Below, one piece after another: positions 1 to 10,600 of a stretch of DNA of 64,000 bases (position 1 is the first letter of the stretch; the number at the start of each line of letters is the position of its first letter). The stretch is from the IMG/VR virus record IMGVR_UViG_3300046747_000117; one strand, given 5' to 3'. Both the position numbers and the translations under genes were made by a program. This DNA is from a virus. The notes beneath the pieces are model-generated. The model had not been told where the DNA came from and did no database searches. It was given only the letters and a program-made list of their open reading frames with translations.

Positions 1-2
1 TC

Positions 3-2744
3 CAGGGCGGCGCGTGGGGCAGTGAGCACCTCGACATCTGGGTCAGCAACCAGACCAACGACGCCAACACAGACGCCAATCAGTCACGGGTCGCGCGGTT
101 CAATCTGAACGGGCTTACTCTCGCGAACGGGCTGTCGGTCGGGGGAGACTCGGGCCTGCACAACGTCTTCCTCGACGGCAATATGGGGATCATCTATCGC
201 GGCCTCTCTGGCGCCACACAAAGATGGGTGGGTTTTGGTTACAACGGCGCCCTGAACCTCTACATCGACGGTGCTTACACGAGCGACCTCGCGACCACGG
301 CATGGGTCGATGGGGCCTACCTCAGGCTAACAGGCGGCAACGTCACCGGACACACAACCTTCTCCGGTGCCAACCCGCAAATATCCCTGAACAGCACGAC
401 AGGTGATTATCGTTCGCTCTCATTTGAGACCAACGGGCTATGGCGTTGGCATTTCACCGTCACGGCAGGAGAGAGCACCGGCAACGTCGGCAGTGACTTC
501 ACGATCAGCCGCATGGGAGACAACGGCAGTCCAATCGACGCGCCACTGAGGATCATGCGGAACTCCGGGCGGATGTATTTGCAGTCGGGCAACGACCCGA
601 TGGAAATCCTCAGTCCAGCCGGGACCGGCGCGCGTTACCGCAGCACGATCAACGGGCTGCGCACATGGAGCGCTGGGACATGGACGGATGGCAGCTATTC
701 CATCGGCGATGAGAGCGCGGCACAGTTACGGTTGACCATCGACACGTCAGGCAACACCACGCTCAATGGCGGTCTGACGGTTGCCGCGCGCTCGACGCTC
801 AACGGCATCTGGCTGAACAACCACGTGTCGAACACCGCCACCGATCTGACCGGCGGCATCGACATGTATGGCGGCAGCTATGGCTTCAGCATCACTGGTG
901 GCACGCTCAATATCATCGCTGGTGGCGCGGTCTGGTTCTATCCGGCTGGCACCCAGATCGCGGCTTTCAACAACGTTGGACTAAGCTTCGTGAGCGGCAC
1001 CACGGTTGTGCTGGGCCGCGATCCATCCGCCGCGATGGAAGCGGCGACAAAACAATACGTCGATAGCCGCGCGCGGCTCTATACCAACGTCAAAGACTAC
1101 GGCGCCACGGGCAACGGCTCGACCGACGACACCACCGCGATCCAGAACGCGGTCAACGTCGCCGGGGCGCACACGGTCTTCTTCCCGGCGGGCACCTATC
1201 GCACGACCGCGTCGATCTATCTGGCGGCTGGCGTCTCAGTGCTGGGCGTGGGTCCGGCGTCGGTCATCGCGGTCGCGGCGACCCAGTGGACGTTCGTGCT
1301 CAGTTTCTCCACCGCCACCGACGCGCATGTCGAGATCAGCCACCTGACCATCGCCCCCACCGCCGCGAATTGCGTCGGCGTCGGCGCCACGCTGGCGAAT
1401 TTCGTGAGCATCCACGACGTCACATTCGCCGGCACCGCCGCCAACGCGATCAATCTGGACCGTTGCGCCTGGTATGCGATCGAGGATTGTTTCGTCACCT
1501 CAAGTATGAACTACCTCGGCGGGCCGGTGATCTGTCAGGATACCACCAGCGCCAACGGCAGCGCGATCGGCGGCAACGGCACCATCACCCGCGTCCGCTT
1601 CGCACCGATGACCGGGTCGCCCTACGGCCAGCGCGACGCCTGCATCCGCCTGAGTTCGCAGCCGACGACCAATGTCAGGGAATGTTACTGCGCCTGGGGC
1701 GCTTACGGCGCCGGGCCGGTCAGTTTCATCATCATCGAGAACCAGTGCCAGGGCAACATTATCGCGGAAAACATCGCTCTGGGCATGGACTTCGGCATTT
1801 TGATCCAGCCGGGAGCGATGGCGAACGCCGTGATGCCCGCCTACATCACGGTTACGCAAAACGCCATCGACTCGTTCGGCTCCATCGCGTGCTTCGTGGC
1901 GGGCACCGCGAGCCTTCAGGCCGAGTCCATCACCATCATTGATAACTATTTCACCGAGCCGCAGTCCGAATGCACCGCCGCCGCGATCTCAGCCGGGGGC
2001 ACGGGTTACACGGTGGGGAACATCCTGACCGGGCCCGCCGTGCCCGCCGCGCAGGAAGGCGCGCAGGTATTGCTTCAGGTGACGGCGGTCAGCGGCGGCG
2101 TCATCTCGGGCGTAAGCGTCTACAACAGAGGTCTGACGCAGACACCGCCCGCCAACCCCGTCGCGTTCACCGGAGGGAGCGGTTCCGGCGCCCGGTTCAA
2201 CCTGACATATTCGACCGCCGGTTATTGCATGTTGCTGCTTTACGCCAACAACTCTAGCGTCAAAGGTAACTTTTGCCTGGGTTACGGCGGCAACCGTTAT
2301 GGCGCCGGTATCGTCGTGCAAAGCGTTTTGAACATCATCATCTCGGGAAACCGTTGTAACAGCCTGAACATCGGGATGTATTGCCTCGACGCGAACTGCG
2401 CCAACATGATCATCACGCACAACAATCTCTACATAAACAATATCGATTTTGGCGGCCCCGCGCCGATTTTCTCCATCCTCCAGGACAATATCGGCGTCCC
2501 CTGGATCTCGGGCACGCCCGCCCTTCCGGCGACCGGCGTCGAGGTCACCAATCTCGCGCCGTATCCGAATGAAATTCTGATCACGGGTGGCGTCGTCTAC
2601 GGGATCACGGTCAATGGCGTTGGTCTCCAACTCACGGGCGGGGCGCAGTGGACGGCGCCGATCATTCTGACGCTACGGCCGCAACACGCCATCGCGGTCG
2701 CCTACACCAGCCCGCCGACCTGGACCTGGATACCGATGCTATGA
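3..2744 (+). CDS. Tail fibre/tailspike with C-terminal pectate-lyase-like beta-helix (5' end lies outside the window)
   Basis: Frame is open from base 3 (QGGAWGSEHLDIW...) into ORF 183..2744. NVKDYGATGNGSTDDTTAIQNA...VFFPAGTY is the Pectate_lyase_3-type N-terminal motif. Fibre repeat DPSAAMEAATKQYVD is present. Confidence 0.85.
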   Translation, partial: QGGAWGSEHLDIWVSNQTNDANTDANQSRVARFNLNGLTLANGLSVGGDSGLHNVFLDGNMGIIYRGLSGATQRWVGFGYNGALNLYIDGAYTSDLATTAWVDGAYLRLTGGNVTGHTTFSGANPQISLNSTTGDYRSLSFETNGLWRWHFTVTAGESTGNVGSDFTISRMGDNGSPIDAPLRIMRNSGRMYLQSGNDPMEILSPAGTGARYRSTINGLRTWSAGTWTDGSYSIGDESAAQLRLTIDTSGNTTLNGGLTVAARSTLNGIWLNNHVSNTATDLTGGIDMYGGSYGFSITGGTLNIIAGGAVWFYPAGTQIAAFNNVGLSFVSGTTVVLGRDPSAAMEAATKQYVDSRARLYTNVKDYGATGNGSTDDTTAIQNAVNVAGAHTVFFPAGTYRTTASIYLAAGVSVLGVGPASVIAVAATQWTFVLSFSTATDAHVEISHLTIAPTAANCVGVGATLANFVSIHDVTFAGTAANAINLDRCAWYAIEDCFVTSSMNYLGGPVICQDTTSANGSAIGGNGTITRVRFAPMTGSPYGQRDACIRLSSQPTTNVRECYCAWGAYGAGPVSFIIIENQCQGNIIAENIALGMDFGILIQPGAMANAVMPAYITVTQNAIDSFGSIACFVAGTASLQAESITIIDNYFTEPQSECTAAAISAGGTGYTVGNILTGPAVPAAQEGAQVLLQVTAVSGGVISGVSVYNRGLTQTPPANPVAFTGGSGSGARFNLTYSTAGYCMLLLYANNSSVKGNFCLGYGGNRYGAGIVVQSVLNIIISGNRCNSLNIGMYCLDANCANMIITHNNLYINNIDFGGPAPIFSILQDNIGVPWISGTPALPATGVEVTNLAPYPNEILITGGVVYGITVNGVGLQLTGGAQWTAPIILTLRPQHAIAVAYTSPPTWTWIPML

Positions 2745-2766
2745 CCGCAACAAATGGAGCAACCTG

Positions 2767-3117
2767 ATGGCCGCGTTGATCATCCCTAATCAGACGACTT
2801 TCGGTCAGATGACCAACAGTGTCGTCTCCCGCCTCGCCGGTCTCAACACCACCGTGCTGCGTCTCAACGAGGCGGTGGCCACCGCCTCGGCCGACTATGG
2901 CGGCGTGCCGGGCACGGAATTCGAATCCGGCTCGATGGGCGGCATGGGACCTTACGCGCCGAACAATTTCGGCGTGCAACCGGACCCGGCGTCACCCGGC
3001 GTGAACGGAACAAACTACGCCGACGCGGTGGGCCAACTGGCGACCCAGTGGGCGGCGTTCTGGGCGCTCGCCGCGCCCTACATCAAAACGCTCGACAACG
3101 GCCAGGCGGCGATGTGA
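2767..3117 (+). CDS. Hypothetical virion-associated protein
   Basis: 116-aa ORF with GGAG upstream, co-oriented in the tail operon. Confidence 0.65.
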   Translation: MAALIIPNQTTFGQMTNSVVSRLAGLNTTVLRLNEAVATASADYGGVPGTEFESGSMGGMGPYAPNNFGVQPDPASPGVNGTNYADAVGQLATQWAAFWALAAPYIKTLDNGQAAM

Positions 3118-3151
3118 GCCGGAGCGTCCATCGATCAACTCAACAACGGGA

Positions 3152-3379
3152 GTGTGCGAATTGAGCGGAACACAGCAAGACGTATCGACCCTACCGGCGA
3201 CGGTGACGTTGCCGATCGCGCGGTGGAATCAGGTGCTGGAGGTGCTGGGTGGCCAACCCTGGCGAGAGGTCAATCCACTGATCGTCGATGTCCACCGGCA
3301 GATCCAGGACGCCGTCAACGCGCAGCAATCCGGGTCGCAACACGGCGAGGCGCGGCTCAAACAGGTAAACCCCGTGTGA
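3152..3379 (+). CDS. Small hypothetical protein
   Basis: 75-aa ORF whose stop overlaps the next GTG (GTGA). Start uncertain. Confidence 0.5.
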   Translation: MCELSGTQQDVSTLPATVTLPIARWNQVLEVLGGQPWREVNPLIVDVHRQIQDAVNAQQSGSQHGEARLKQVNPV

Positions 3380-5553
3380 GTGGCGCCGCCGCCAGGTCCC
3401 GTCTGCCCGCGGTAAAATACTCGCAGACGCAGCTTGGCGGGGTCGTGGTGCAGGGCGCCTTTCAGCCCGGCGGTCTCGATCTGCTTACCCCGACGCTGCG
3501 CCTGCAACCTGGCGTGTTGCGTGATGCCATAAACTTCGAATGCGCGCAGCAGGGCGGCTATCGTCGGATCGACGGTTATGAACGGTACGATGGCCGCTTC
3601 TCGCCGTCCAACGCCTCGTTCACGCTGGTGCAGATTGAGGCCACGACCTCGACCGGCGATTTCAACGCGGACTTCTCAGCCGACTTCGATATCGCCGGTT
3701 TCGCCGGCATCGTGCCGCCGGTCGGTTCAACCGTCATTCAGGATGTGACCAACGCCACGGGCGTTGTCATCGCCGTGGAGACAGGTCCGCCGGCCTACAT
3801 GGTGCTGACCCAGGTCACGGGGTCGTTTGACGAGATACATGCCATACGCGCTTCACCGGGCGGCGAACTCATCGGTCAGGCGGTGCCCCTGACGGTGCGT
3901 CTCAGCCTGAAGCAGGCGGCGATCTACAAGGCACTGGCGGCGGACTCGTATCGGGCGCTGATTCACCAGGTGCCCGGCTCCGGCCCGGTGCGCGGTGTGG
4001 TCGGCATGGTGTTCGACGGCGTCGACCAGGTGTTCGCGTTCCGCGATAACGTCGGCGCGACCGCCTGTGGCCTCTGGAAGGCTACCCCGGGCGGCTGGAC
4101 GGCGGTGCCGTTCGGTGGCCTCGTCTCGTTCACCGCCGGCTCCGGCGGCGCCCCACCGCCCGAGGGCGCCATTCTGACGCAGGGCGGCGTGACCGCCACG
4201 ATCCAACGGGTGATGTGGCAGAGCGGCTCCTGGGCCGGTTCGGCGGTGGGCGATTTCGTGATCGTCGGCGCGACCGGCGCGTTCCTGGCCGGGGCGGCGA
4301 CGGTGGCCGGCGGCTACACCGTTACCCTGACCGGCCCGCAGGCTCCGATCGCGCCGTTGCCGGGTGGACGATATGAATTCGCCAAGGCCAATTTCGCCGG
4401 TCAGGTGGCCACGCGACGGATCTACGGCGCGGACGGCGTCAATCCGGCGTTTGAATTCGACGGCGTGACTTACGCGCCGATCCGAACCGGCGCCGTGCCC
4501 GATCAGCCGTCGCATATCACTTATCACAAAAATTACCTGTTCCTGGCGCAGGGTTCCTCGATCATGTTTTGCGCCGCCGGGCTGCCGTTCCGGTGGTCGG
4601 CGGTCGACGGCGGCGGGGAAATCGCCACCGGGGACGTGGTCAACGGCATGATCACGCTGCCGGGCGACCAGACCTCGGCGGCGCTCGCGGTGCTGCTGCG
4701 CGGATCGTTCTCGGTGCTGTATGGGACTGACCCCACCACCTTCAATTTCGTCGGTTTCAGCACCGGAGTGGGCGCGCAGAAATATAGCATTCAGAATATG
4801 TTCGATTTGTTCATTCTGGACGATCTCGGCGTGATCGCGTTGAAGACATCCCTTAACTACGGCAACTTCGAACCCGCGACGCTGACCAAGAACATTCTGC
4901 CGTTCATCCAGCGCCAGCGCGGGCATTTGCTGGCGTCCTCGGTCAATCGGGAGAAAAGCCAGTATCGGCTGTATTTCAATGATGGCTATGCGCTGTATGT
5001 TTCGGTGCTGAATCAGGAATACCTCGGCGCCACGCTGGTTCGCTACGCGCATCCGATATTCTGCACCGACACGACGAACCAGACATCACAGATCGAGGCG
5101 ACCTACGCTGGCGGCGTGGATGGGTATGTTTATCACCTCGATGTCGGGACGAGCCTCGATGGCGCGGATCTCGAGGCGTATTTCACCACGGCCTGGGACT
5201 CCGTCCGCGCGCCGCGCGTGTTAAAGCGGTTTCGAGCCGTGTCAATTGAGTTTCAGGGCGAAGGATACGCCGAGGCGCGATTTGGCTATCAACTTGGTTA
5301 CAATAGCGCCCAGATCGCGCAACTCCCGGATGTAGCCACGGTTCTTAACCTCACCAGCATCGCGGCCTGGGACACATTTATATGGGAGCAGTTCGTGTGG
5401 GACGGGGCGACTTTGTTGCCTTCTGAACTCGACATGACGGGGGTCGCGGAGAACCTGCGGTTTCAGATCGCATCAGGAACGAACTACATGGAGCCATACA
5501 CCGTGAATTCGTTCATATATCATTACAGTTTAAGAAGAGGAATGCGCGTGTGA
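3376..5553 (+). CDS. Tail/DNA-stabilisation protein (P22 gp10 / T7 gp12-like nozzle)
   Basis: Probable GTG start at 3376, coupled to the upstream stop. GGLDL...DAINFE...GGYRRIDGYERYDG N-terminus, beta-rich body, located among tail genes. Confidence 0.7.
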   Translation: MSGAAARSRLPAVKYSQTQLGGVVVQGAFQPGGLDLLTPTLRLQPGVLRDAINFECAQQGGYRRIDGYERYDGRFSPSNASFTLVQIEATTSTGDFNADFSADFDIAGFAGIVPPVGSTVIQDVTNATGVVIAVETGPPAYMVLTQVTGSFDEIHAIRASPGGELIGQAVPLTVRLSLKQAAIYKALAADSYRALIHQVPGSGPVRGVVGMVFDGVDQVFAFRDNVGATACGLWKATPGGWTAVPFGGLVSFTAGSGGAPPPEGAILTQGGVTATIQRVMWQSGSWAGSAVGDFVIVGATGAFLAGAATVAGGYTVTLTGPQAPIAPLPGGRYEFAKANFAGQVATRRIYGADGVNPAFEFDGVTYAPIRTGAVPDQPSHITYHKNYLFLAQGSSIMFCAAGLPFRWSAVDGGGEIATGDVVNGMITLPGDQTSAALAVLLRGSFSVLYGTDPTTFNFVGFSTGVGAQKYSIQNMFDLFILDDLGVIALKTSLNYGNFEPATLTKNILPFIQRQRGHLLASSVNREKSQYRLYFNDGYALYVSVLNQEYLGATLVRYAHPIFCTDTTNQTSQIEATYAGGVDGYVYHLDVGTSLDGADLEAYFTTAWDSVRAPRVLKRFRAVSIEFQGEGYAEARFGYQLGYNSAQIAQLPDVATVLNLTSIAAWDTFIWEQFVWDGATLLPSELDMTGVAENLRFQIASGTNYMEPYTVNSFIYHYSLRRGMRV

Positions 5554-7199
5554 GCAACTTCTTCTACACGCCCACCGGAACGCCAGGGACGGCGACTCCA
5601 GGCGCGTCCGCGCCGATCAGGGCGGAATTCCAGCTTATTTCGGCGGCGTTCGACCTGTTCCCGTCGCTCGCGGGCAGCGGTGGGCGCGCCGTGGTCGTGA
5701 ACCCGGCGGGCACGGCGCTGACGCTTACCACCGGTCGGTTGACGCTGGGTGGAGACCTCTCCGTCTCCGGGACGTTCCCCACGACATTGCTCGCGAACGC
5801 CCCGACCAATCTCACGCTGCCGATGGTGGATGGCACGCTGATGACGTTCGGCGGCGGCGCCATGACGGGGGATCTGACGTTACGGGGCGATCCGACCAGT
5901 GACCTGATGGCGGTGACCAGGCGCTATGTCGACACCCATCCGCCTCTGGGCGGTCCGTACTTATCTCTCGCCGGAGGCGTCCTCTCAGGACCGCTGTCGG
6001 TGGCGGGCAATGGCGTGACCTACACGGGCGTCGGGTTTGGCCATGCCATGGCGTTCGGCTGGGACGGGGCCGCGGTGCAGGCCTATCACGACGGCGCTTC
6101 TGTCGGCGCGCTCGCCACCCAGGCCTATGTCGGCACCCAGCTAAACGGCTTCCTGCCCCTTGGTGGCGGCATTCTCACGGGGCCGCTCACCGGCACGACG
6201 GTCACCGCGTCGACTTACGTCGCGACCCTCTCAGGTGGTGGCCGGGTCGTGCTTCACGATCCCGCCGCGGGGACCGACGCCAAGGCGTTCGACTTCGTGT
6301 CAACCAGTGCCCAACTTCGCGGGCGACTGATGAACGATAGCTTCCTCAGCGTGGTCAACTGGCTGACGGTCAGCCGCTCCGGCATGACGACCAACAGCGT
6401 GGGCCTGACGGCGACGGAGATCGACCTCAACGGCCAGGCGAAGATCAGCGGCATCCTGACGGTGAGCGCCGACGCGACGATCACCGGCAACGCGGCATTT
6501 GGCGGCAGCGCGACATTCGGCGGCAACGCGACGATCACCGGTTCGGTGACCGCCGCCACCTTCACCGCCAACGCGTCGGTGTCGACCGTCGCCCTCGTCG
6601 CTTCTGGTACGATCACCGGAGATTGGGTGCGCGGAAACACCGCGGTCCAGGCCGGCCCCGACGGCTCGTTGCAGTTCTATACTTTCACCGGCAATAACCG
6701 CCGGTTCGCGTTCGCGAACCAGTGGTCCTTGGACTGGAGTTCCCTCGATGGCTCGCTGACATGGGTGGTGCCCGGTAACACGTTGTTCGTCACCTTCGCT
6801 TACAGCGGACCTGGCAGTATCGGCGTGAACTGGCTGGGACCCTGGCAGGGCAACGGCGCGTATATCGGCACATCCGACGAACGGATGAAAACCGACATCG
6901 AGGACGCCACCGTGGGCCTCGCCGAGGTGTTGGCGATCAGCCCGATCCGATTCCGCCGCATGAGTTATGACGGCGTTGTTCATGGTCGTTACGATATCGG
7001 CTTTTCCGCCCAGGAACTCCGCATGGTCATCCCTGACGCGGTGATCCAGGTCGGCGGTCCCGACCCGGACAAGCCTGGCTCACTTAAAAGCGACGACCCG
7101 GTTCTCGGACTTATGCTCGATCCGGTCGTGGCGGCGATCGTAAACGGCATGAAGACGCTCAACACGCGCCTCGCGGCGTTGGAAGGGAAGGCCGGCTGA
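5550..7199 (+). CDS. Tail fibre with C-terminal intramolecular chaperone (Peptidase_S74-like)
   Basis: SDERMKTDIED...ISPIRFR...GFSAQEL and terminal coiled coil LNTRLAALE. Also LxLxGGxxTG fibre repeats. Confidence 0.85.
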   Translation: MSNFFYTPTGTPGTATPGASAPIRAEFQLISAAFDLFPSLAGSGGRAVVVNPAGTALTLTTGRLTLGGDLSVSGTFPTTLLANAPTNLTLPMVDGTLMTFGGGAMTGDLTLRGDPTSDLMAVTRRYVDTHPPLGGPYLSLAGGVLSGPLSVAGNGVTYTGVGFGHAMAFGWDGAAVQAYHDGASVGALATQAYVGTQLNGFLPLGGGILTGPLTGTTVTASTYVATLSGGGRVVLHDPAAGTDAKAFDFVSTSAQLRGRLMNDSFLSVVNWLTVSRSGMTTNSVGLTATEIDLNGQAKISGILTVSADATITGNAAFGGSATFGGNATITGSVTAATFTANASVSTVALVASGTITGDWVRGNTAVQAGPDGSLQFYTFTGNNRRFAFANQWSLDWSSLDGSLTWVVPGNTLFVTFAYSGPGSIGVNWLGPWQGNGAYIGTSDERMKTDIEDATVGLAEVLAISPIRFRRMSYDGVVHGRYDIGFSAQELRMVIPDAVIQVGGPDPDKPGSLKSDDPVLGLMLDPVVAAIVNGMKTLNTRLAALEGKAG

Positions 7200-8599
7200 T
7201 GTCCGCGTCCCTCAGCCCGGGGCTTAATACCCCGACCATCCCGCCGCCGATCCCCGGCACCGCGCCAGCCACCACGCCGCCCGCGAACGGCCTGATCAAC
7301 AGCGCGCCGGCACCGGACGGCACCAGCGCGCCGGCCACGCCGCCGAACACCGCCCCCGCGGCGGCGCCAGGCGCCACGCCGACGCCGCCGACGCCTCCTC
7401 CGGTCACGCCGCCCGTCACACCGGACCCGAACGCGCCGAACGCGTTCAACGTCACTCCGGATCAGACCGTTTCACATCAGATCGGCAACATCATCGCTTC
7501 CGGCTCGCCGCTCATGCAGCAGGCCGAGGCGAACGCCCGCAACCTCATGCAGCAACGCGGGCTGATCAATTCGTCGCAGGCGATCACCGCCGGGCAGAGC
7601 GCGCTCTACAGCGCGGCCACGCCGATCGCCACCGCCGACGCCGCGACCTACGCCAAGGCGGCGACGGACACCACCACGGCGCAGAACACGGCGAAATTGC
7701 AGGCGCAACAGATCTCCGGCCAGACCAACATCGCCCAGATCCAGACGCAGTCGCAGAAGGACATCGCGAACATCCAGTCCAACACCAGCCTGTCGGTGCA
7801 GGACAAGATCAGTCAGACCAGCCAGCAGATCGCCAAGATCCAGTCCGACACCAGCCTGACGAACCAGGAGAAGCAGGACGCGACCACATTGGCCGCGCAG
7901 AATATTCAGACAAACGCACAATTGGCCCTTGGGCAGTTGAGCGCCAACACGCAACTGACGTTGCAGGACAAGGCTTCGTCAGCGGCGCAGATCCTCGCCA
8001 CGCTGAACAACACGAGCGCGCAGCGGATCGCCCAGATCCAGGCCGACACCAGCCTGTCGGTGACCGACAAGCAAACCGCGTCGGCGCAGATCATCGCGCA
8101 GGGCAACAACGCGACGACGCTGGCCGCGCAGAACCTCGTCAACGCTGGCGCGCTGGCCAACATCGCGGCCAATTCGACCGCGCAACAGCGCATCACGCAG
8201 ATCCAGGAAGACAACAAGCGCGTGCTGCAAAACTCCGCCGGGGCGCAGCAGCTTTACTCCTCCGCGTTGCAGAACATTCAGGCGTTCATGACCAACCCGA
8301 ACCTGAATACCGACCAGCAGGCGACGGCGATGAACAACACCATGGATACCCTCAACGAGGGTCTCAAAATGTTCGGCAACATCGACGCCAACACGAACAT
8401 CAACTCCGTGCTGCGGTTCGGACAGCCGTCCTCAGATGCGAATTCTTCGACGGGGCCACCGTCGAACCTCGGTGATCAGCGGCAGCTTGGCCCGCCGGGT
8501 TCGACCGCGACCCCGGCGTCAGGATCTCCGACGTACAGCACCGGCACTCCGGATAACCCGACCAATACCAACCCAGGCGGCGGGGGCGGTGAAGGTTGA
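7199..8599 (+). CDS. Internal virion / DNA-ejection (pilot-like) protein
   Basis: Pro-rich N-terminus, then Q/T/N/A-rich helical repeats (IAQIQTQSQKD-IANIQSNTSLS). Position typical of podovirus ejection genes. Confidence 0.6.
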   Translation: MSASLSPGLNTPTIPPPIPGTAPATTPPANGLINSAPAPDGTSAPATPPNTAPAAAPGATPTPPTPPPVTPPVTPDPNAPNAFNVTPDQTVSHQIGNIIASGSPLMQQAEANARNLMQQRGLINSSQAITAGQSALYSAATPIATADAATYAKAATDTTTAQNTAKLQAQQISGQTNIAQIQTQSQKDIANIQSNTSLSVQDKISQTSQQIAKIQSDTSLTNQEKQDATTLAAQNIQTNAQLALGQLSANTQLTLQDKASSAAQILATLNNTSAQRIAQIQADTSLSVTDKQTASAQIIAQGNNATTLAAQNLVNAGALANIAANSTAQQRITQIQEDNKRVLQNSAGAQQLYSSALQNIQAFMTNPNLNTDQQATAMNNTMDTLNEGLKMFGNIDANTNINSVLRFGQPSSDANSSTGPPSNLGDQRQLGPPGSTATPASGSPTYSTGTPDNPTNTNPGGGGGEG

Positions 8600-8970
8600 C
8601 GCTCATGGACCGCATCTGGGAGGTCGTCGGGCCAACGATCTACCTCACGCGCGAGCATTACGAACGCTGTTGGCGGGGCTGGACGATCGAGGGTTACGAG
8701 CGCGGCGGCGAACTGGTCGGGGCCACGCTGGTCAACGGGCCAGAGTTTCACTTCGTGCTGTTCAATCCGGACAAGCCGATCACCCTGACCGATGTCCGCC
8801 ACTGCCTCGCCCCGGTCCTCGCGGCCAACGGGCACGTCATCACGCGCACGCCGCACCACGACACGCGACAGCACAGATTCAATCGCCTCGCGGGCTTTCG
8901 TCAGATCGGCGGCGATGAATTCAACGTGATTTACCGGATGGAAGCGGCGGGGTCGCGGTGGCTTCGCTGA
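8596..8970 (+). CDS. Small GNAT-fold-like virion morphogenesis protein
   Basis: 124 aa. EFHFVL...ITRTPHHDTRQHRFNRLAGFRQIG resembles the acetyltransferase-like small protein found next to ejection genes in podoviruses. Confidence 0.45.
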   Translation: MTLMDRIWEVVGPTIYLTREHYERCWRGWTIEGYERGGELVGATLVNGPEFHFVLFNPDKPITLTDVRHCLAPVLAANGHVITRTPHHDTRQHRFNRLAGFRQIGGDEFNVIYRMEAAGSRWLR

Positions 8971-9455
8971 TCAACAACCTGGACATGGGACCGGCGCCGA
9001 TGGTGCCGCGGCCACCGCTGGCCGAGGAACCGCCGCCGTCGCCCGAATACCTCGACGCGCTGAAGCGGATCGATCCCGGCCCGCGCGCCAACCACATGGC
9101 CGAGGCCGACGCGGCGATGTCGCTCACGCCGGAGGAAAAGTTTCTCTACAACGTGCATCTCAACAACCTTTACGGCACCGGCAAGATCGTCCATCCGGAT
9201 GGTGGCGTGTCGTCCTTGTTGCAAATGTCTTTCGAAAACGACGACGGCAAGACCTACAACATCCCCACCGTGTGGGGTGGCAAGGCGCTGGAGCCGGATG
9301 CCGCCATCGCGGCGGCGCACCGGTTCGGCATCGAGCAATTCCCGGCTTATCAGAGCGGTGATGAAGCCGAGGCGCGCTACGACGCGATGCATCATTACCT
9401 TGAGAAAGACACTGGCGACTTCATCGATCGCGCGACACGGGGCGTGCCCCGCTGA
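8958..9455 (+). CDS. Hypothetical protein (MASLIN N-terminus; NIPTVWGGK motif)
   Basis: 165-aa ORF with coupled start in the virion operon. Confidence 0.65.
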   Translation: MASLINNLDMGPAPMVPRPPLAEEPPPSPEYLDALKRIDPGPRANHMAEADAAMSLTPEEKFLYNVHLNNLYGTGKIVHPDGGVSSLLQMSFENDDGKTYNIPTVWGGKALEPDAAIAAAHRFGIEQFPAYQSGDEAEARYDAMHHYLEKDTGDFIDRATRGVPR

Positions 9456-9478
9456 TCAACTCCGAGGGGAAAACCTGA

Positions 9479-10600
9479 ATGCCCGCAGTCCCCGCTTTCG
9501 CGGCGGTGTTCGCCGTCGCCGCGGCTGGTGCCGCGACAGCCGGCGCCATCGCTGGCACGGTGGCCATCGCGACGGCTGGCTTCGCCGTGCTTGGCGCGGT
9601 CGGCGCGACGATCGGCGCGGTCGGCGCTATCACCAAGAACAAGACCTTGCAAATGATCGGGTTGGGCCTGGGCGTGGTCGGTGGAGTCGGCGGCATCGCG
9701 TCGAGCGCGGGCGTGTTCGGTTCCGAAGCCGGATCGATCTTCACGCCGGCCAGTTCCGGCGGCGCGAGCCTGACCGGTGATACCGGTGCGACGTTCGCCG
9801 ACAGCATGACCCCGGCCACGACCGGTGGCGCTGGCACGGGCGGCGAAGGGTTTGTCGACAGCGGGTCGTGGGATGTCGCGCCGACGACGGCGACGGGCGC
9901 GCCGGATCTCGCGGCGCAGGCGGCATGGGCGCCGAACGCGCAACTGTCCATGGCCACGAACCCGGCGACCGCGACGAATCAGATATCCGCCCAGGTGGAC
10001 ACAAGCAACGCGACGGTCGGGGACAGTAAGGGCGTCGTCAGCGGGGCCGCTCCCGACCCCAACGCACCCTCCGCGCAGGTACCAGGGCAGCCGAAGGCCG
10101 ATCCGGTCCAGGCGGGTCAGGACGGCGGGCCTCTCTCAAAGAACGTCGATACCACCTCGCCCATGGGTCCGTCCGATCCGAACGCCGTTAAACCCGGCGC
10201 GGTCACCGGGGCACCCGGGCAGACCACGGCGAACGCGACCGCAACCTCGGGAACTCCAGCGGACCCGCCGGGCTGGTTGGGCAGACAGTTCGCCGGAATA
10301 ACGTCCTGGGCCAAGGACAACCAGACGCTCGCCTCGGGCCTCGTGAACGGTGGTTTCGGCCTGCTCAAAGGCCTCGGCGGCACCACCGACGCGCAGAACA
10401 ATTATTATAACGCCAACGCACAGGCCAACCTCGACCTCGCGAAACTGCGCGATCAACAATACGCCAATATCGCCGCGCCGAAAGCCGTCGCCTACTCGCC
10501 GCCGGTCGGCAGCGTGCCAGCCTTGGGTACGCAACTGCCGGGCGCGGCGGGCCTGATCAACCGCGCGCCCACATCAGCCGTTACGGGAGCGACAGCATGA
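9479..10600 (+). CDS. Ejection protein with hydrophobic Gly/Ala-rich N-terminus
   Basis: About 70 hydrophobic G/A-rich N-terminal residues followed by a low-complexity body. RBS GAGGG. Confidence 0.6.
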   Translation: MPAVPAFAAVFAVAAAGAATAGAIAGTVAIATAGFAVLGAVGATIGAVGAITKNKTLQMIGLGLGVVGGVGGIASSAGVFGSEAGSIFTPASSGGASLTGDTGATFADSMTPATTGGAGTGGEGFVDSGSWDVAPTTATGAPDLAAQAAWAPNAQLSMATNPATATNQISAQVDTSNATVGDSKGVVSGAAPDPNAPSAQVPGQPKADPVQAGQDGGPLSKNVDTTSPMGPSDPNAVKPGAVTGAPGQTTANATATSGTPADPPGWLGRQFAGITSWAKDNQTLASGLVNGGFGLLKGLGGTTDAQNNYYNANAQANLDLAKLRDQQYANIAAPKAVAYSPPVGSVPALGTQLPGAAGLINRAPTSAVTGATA

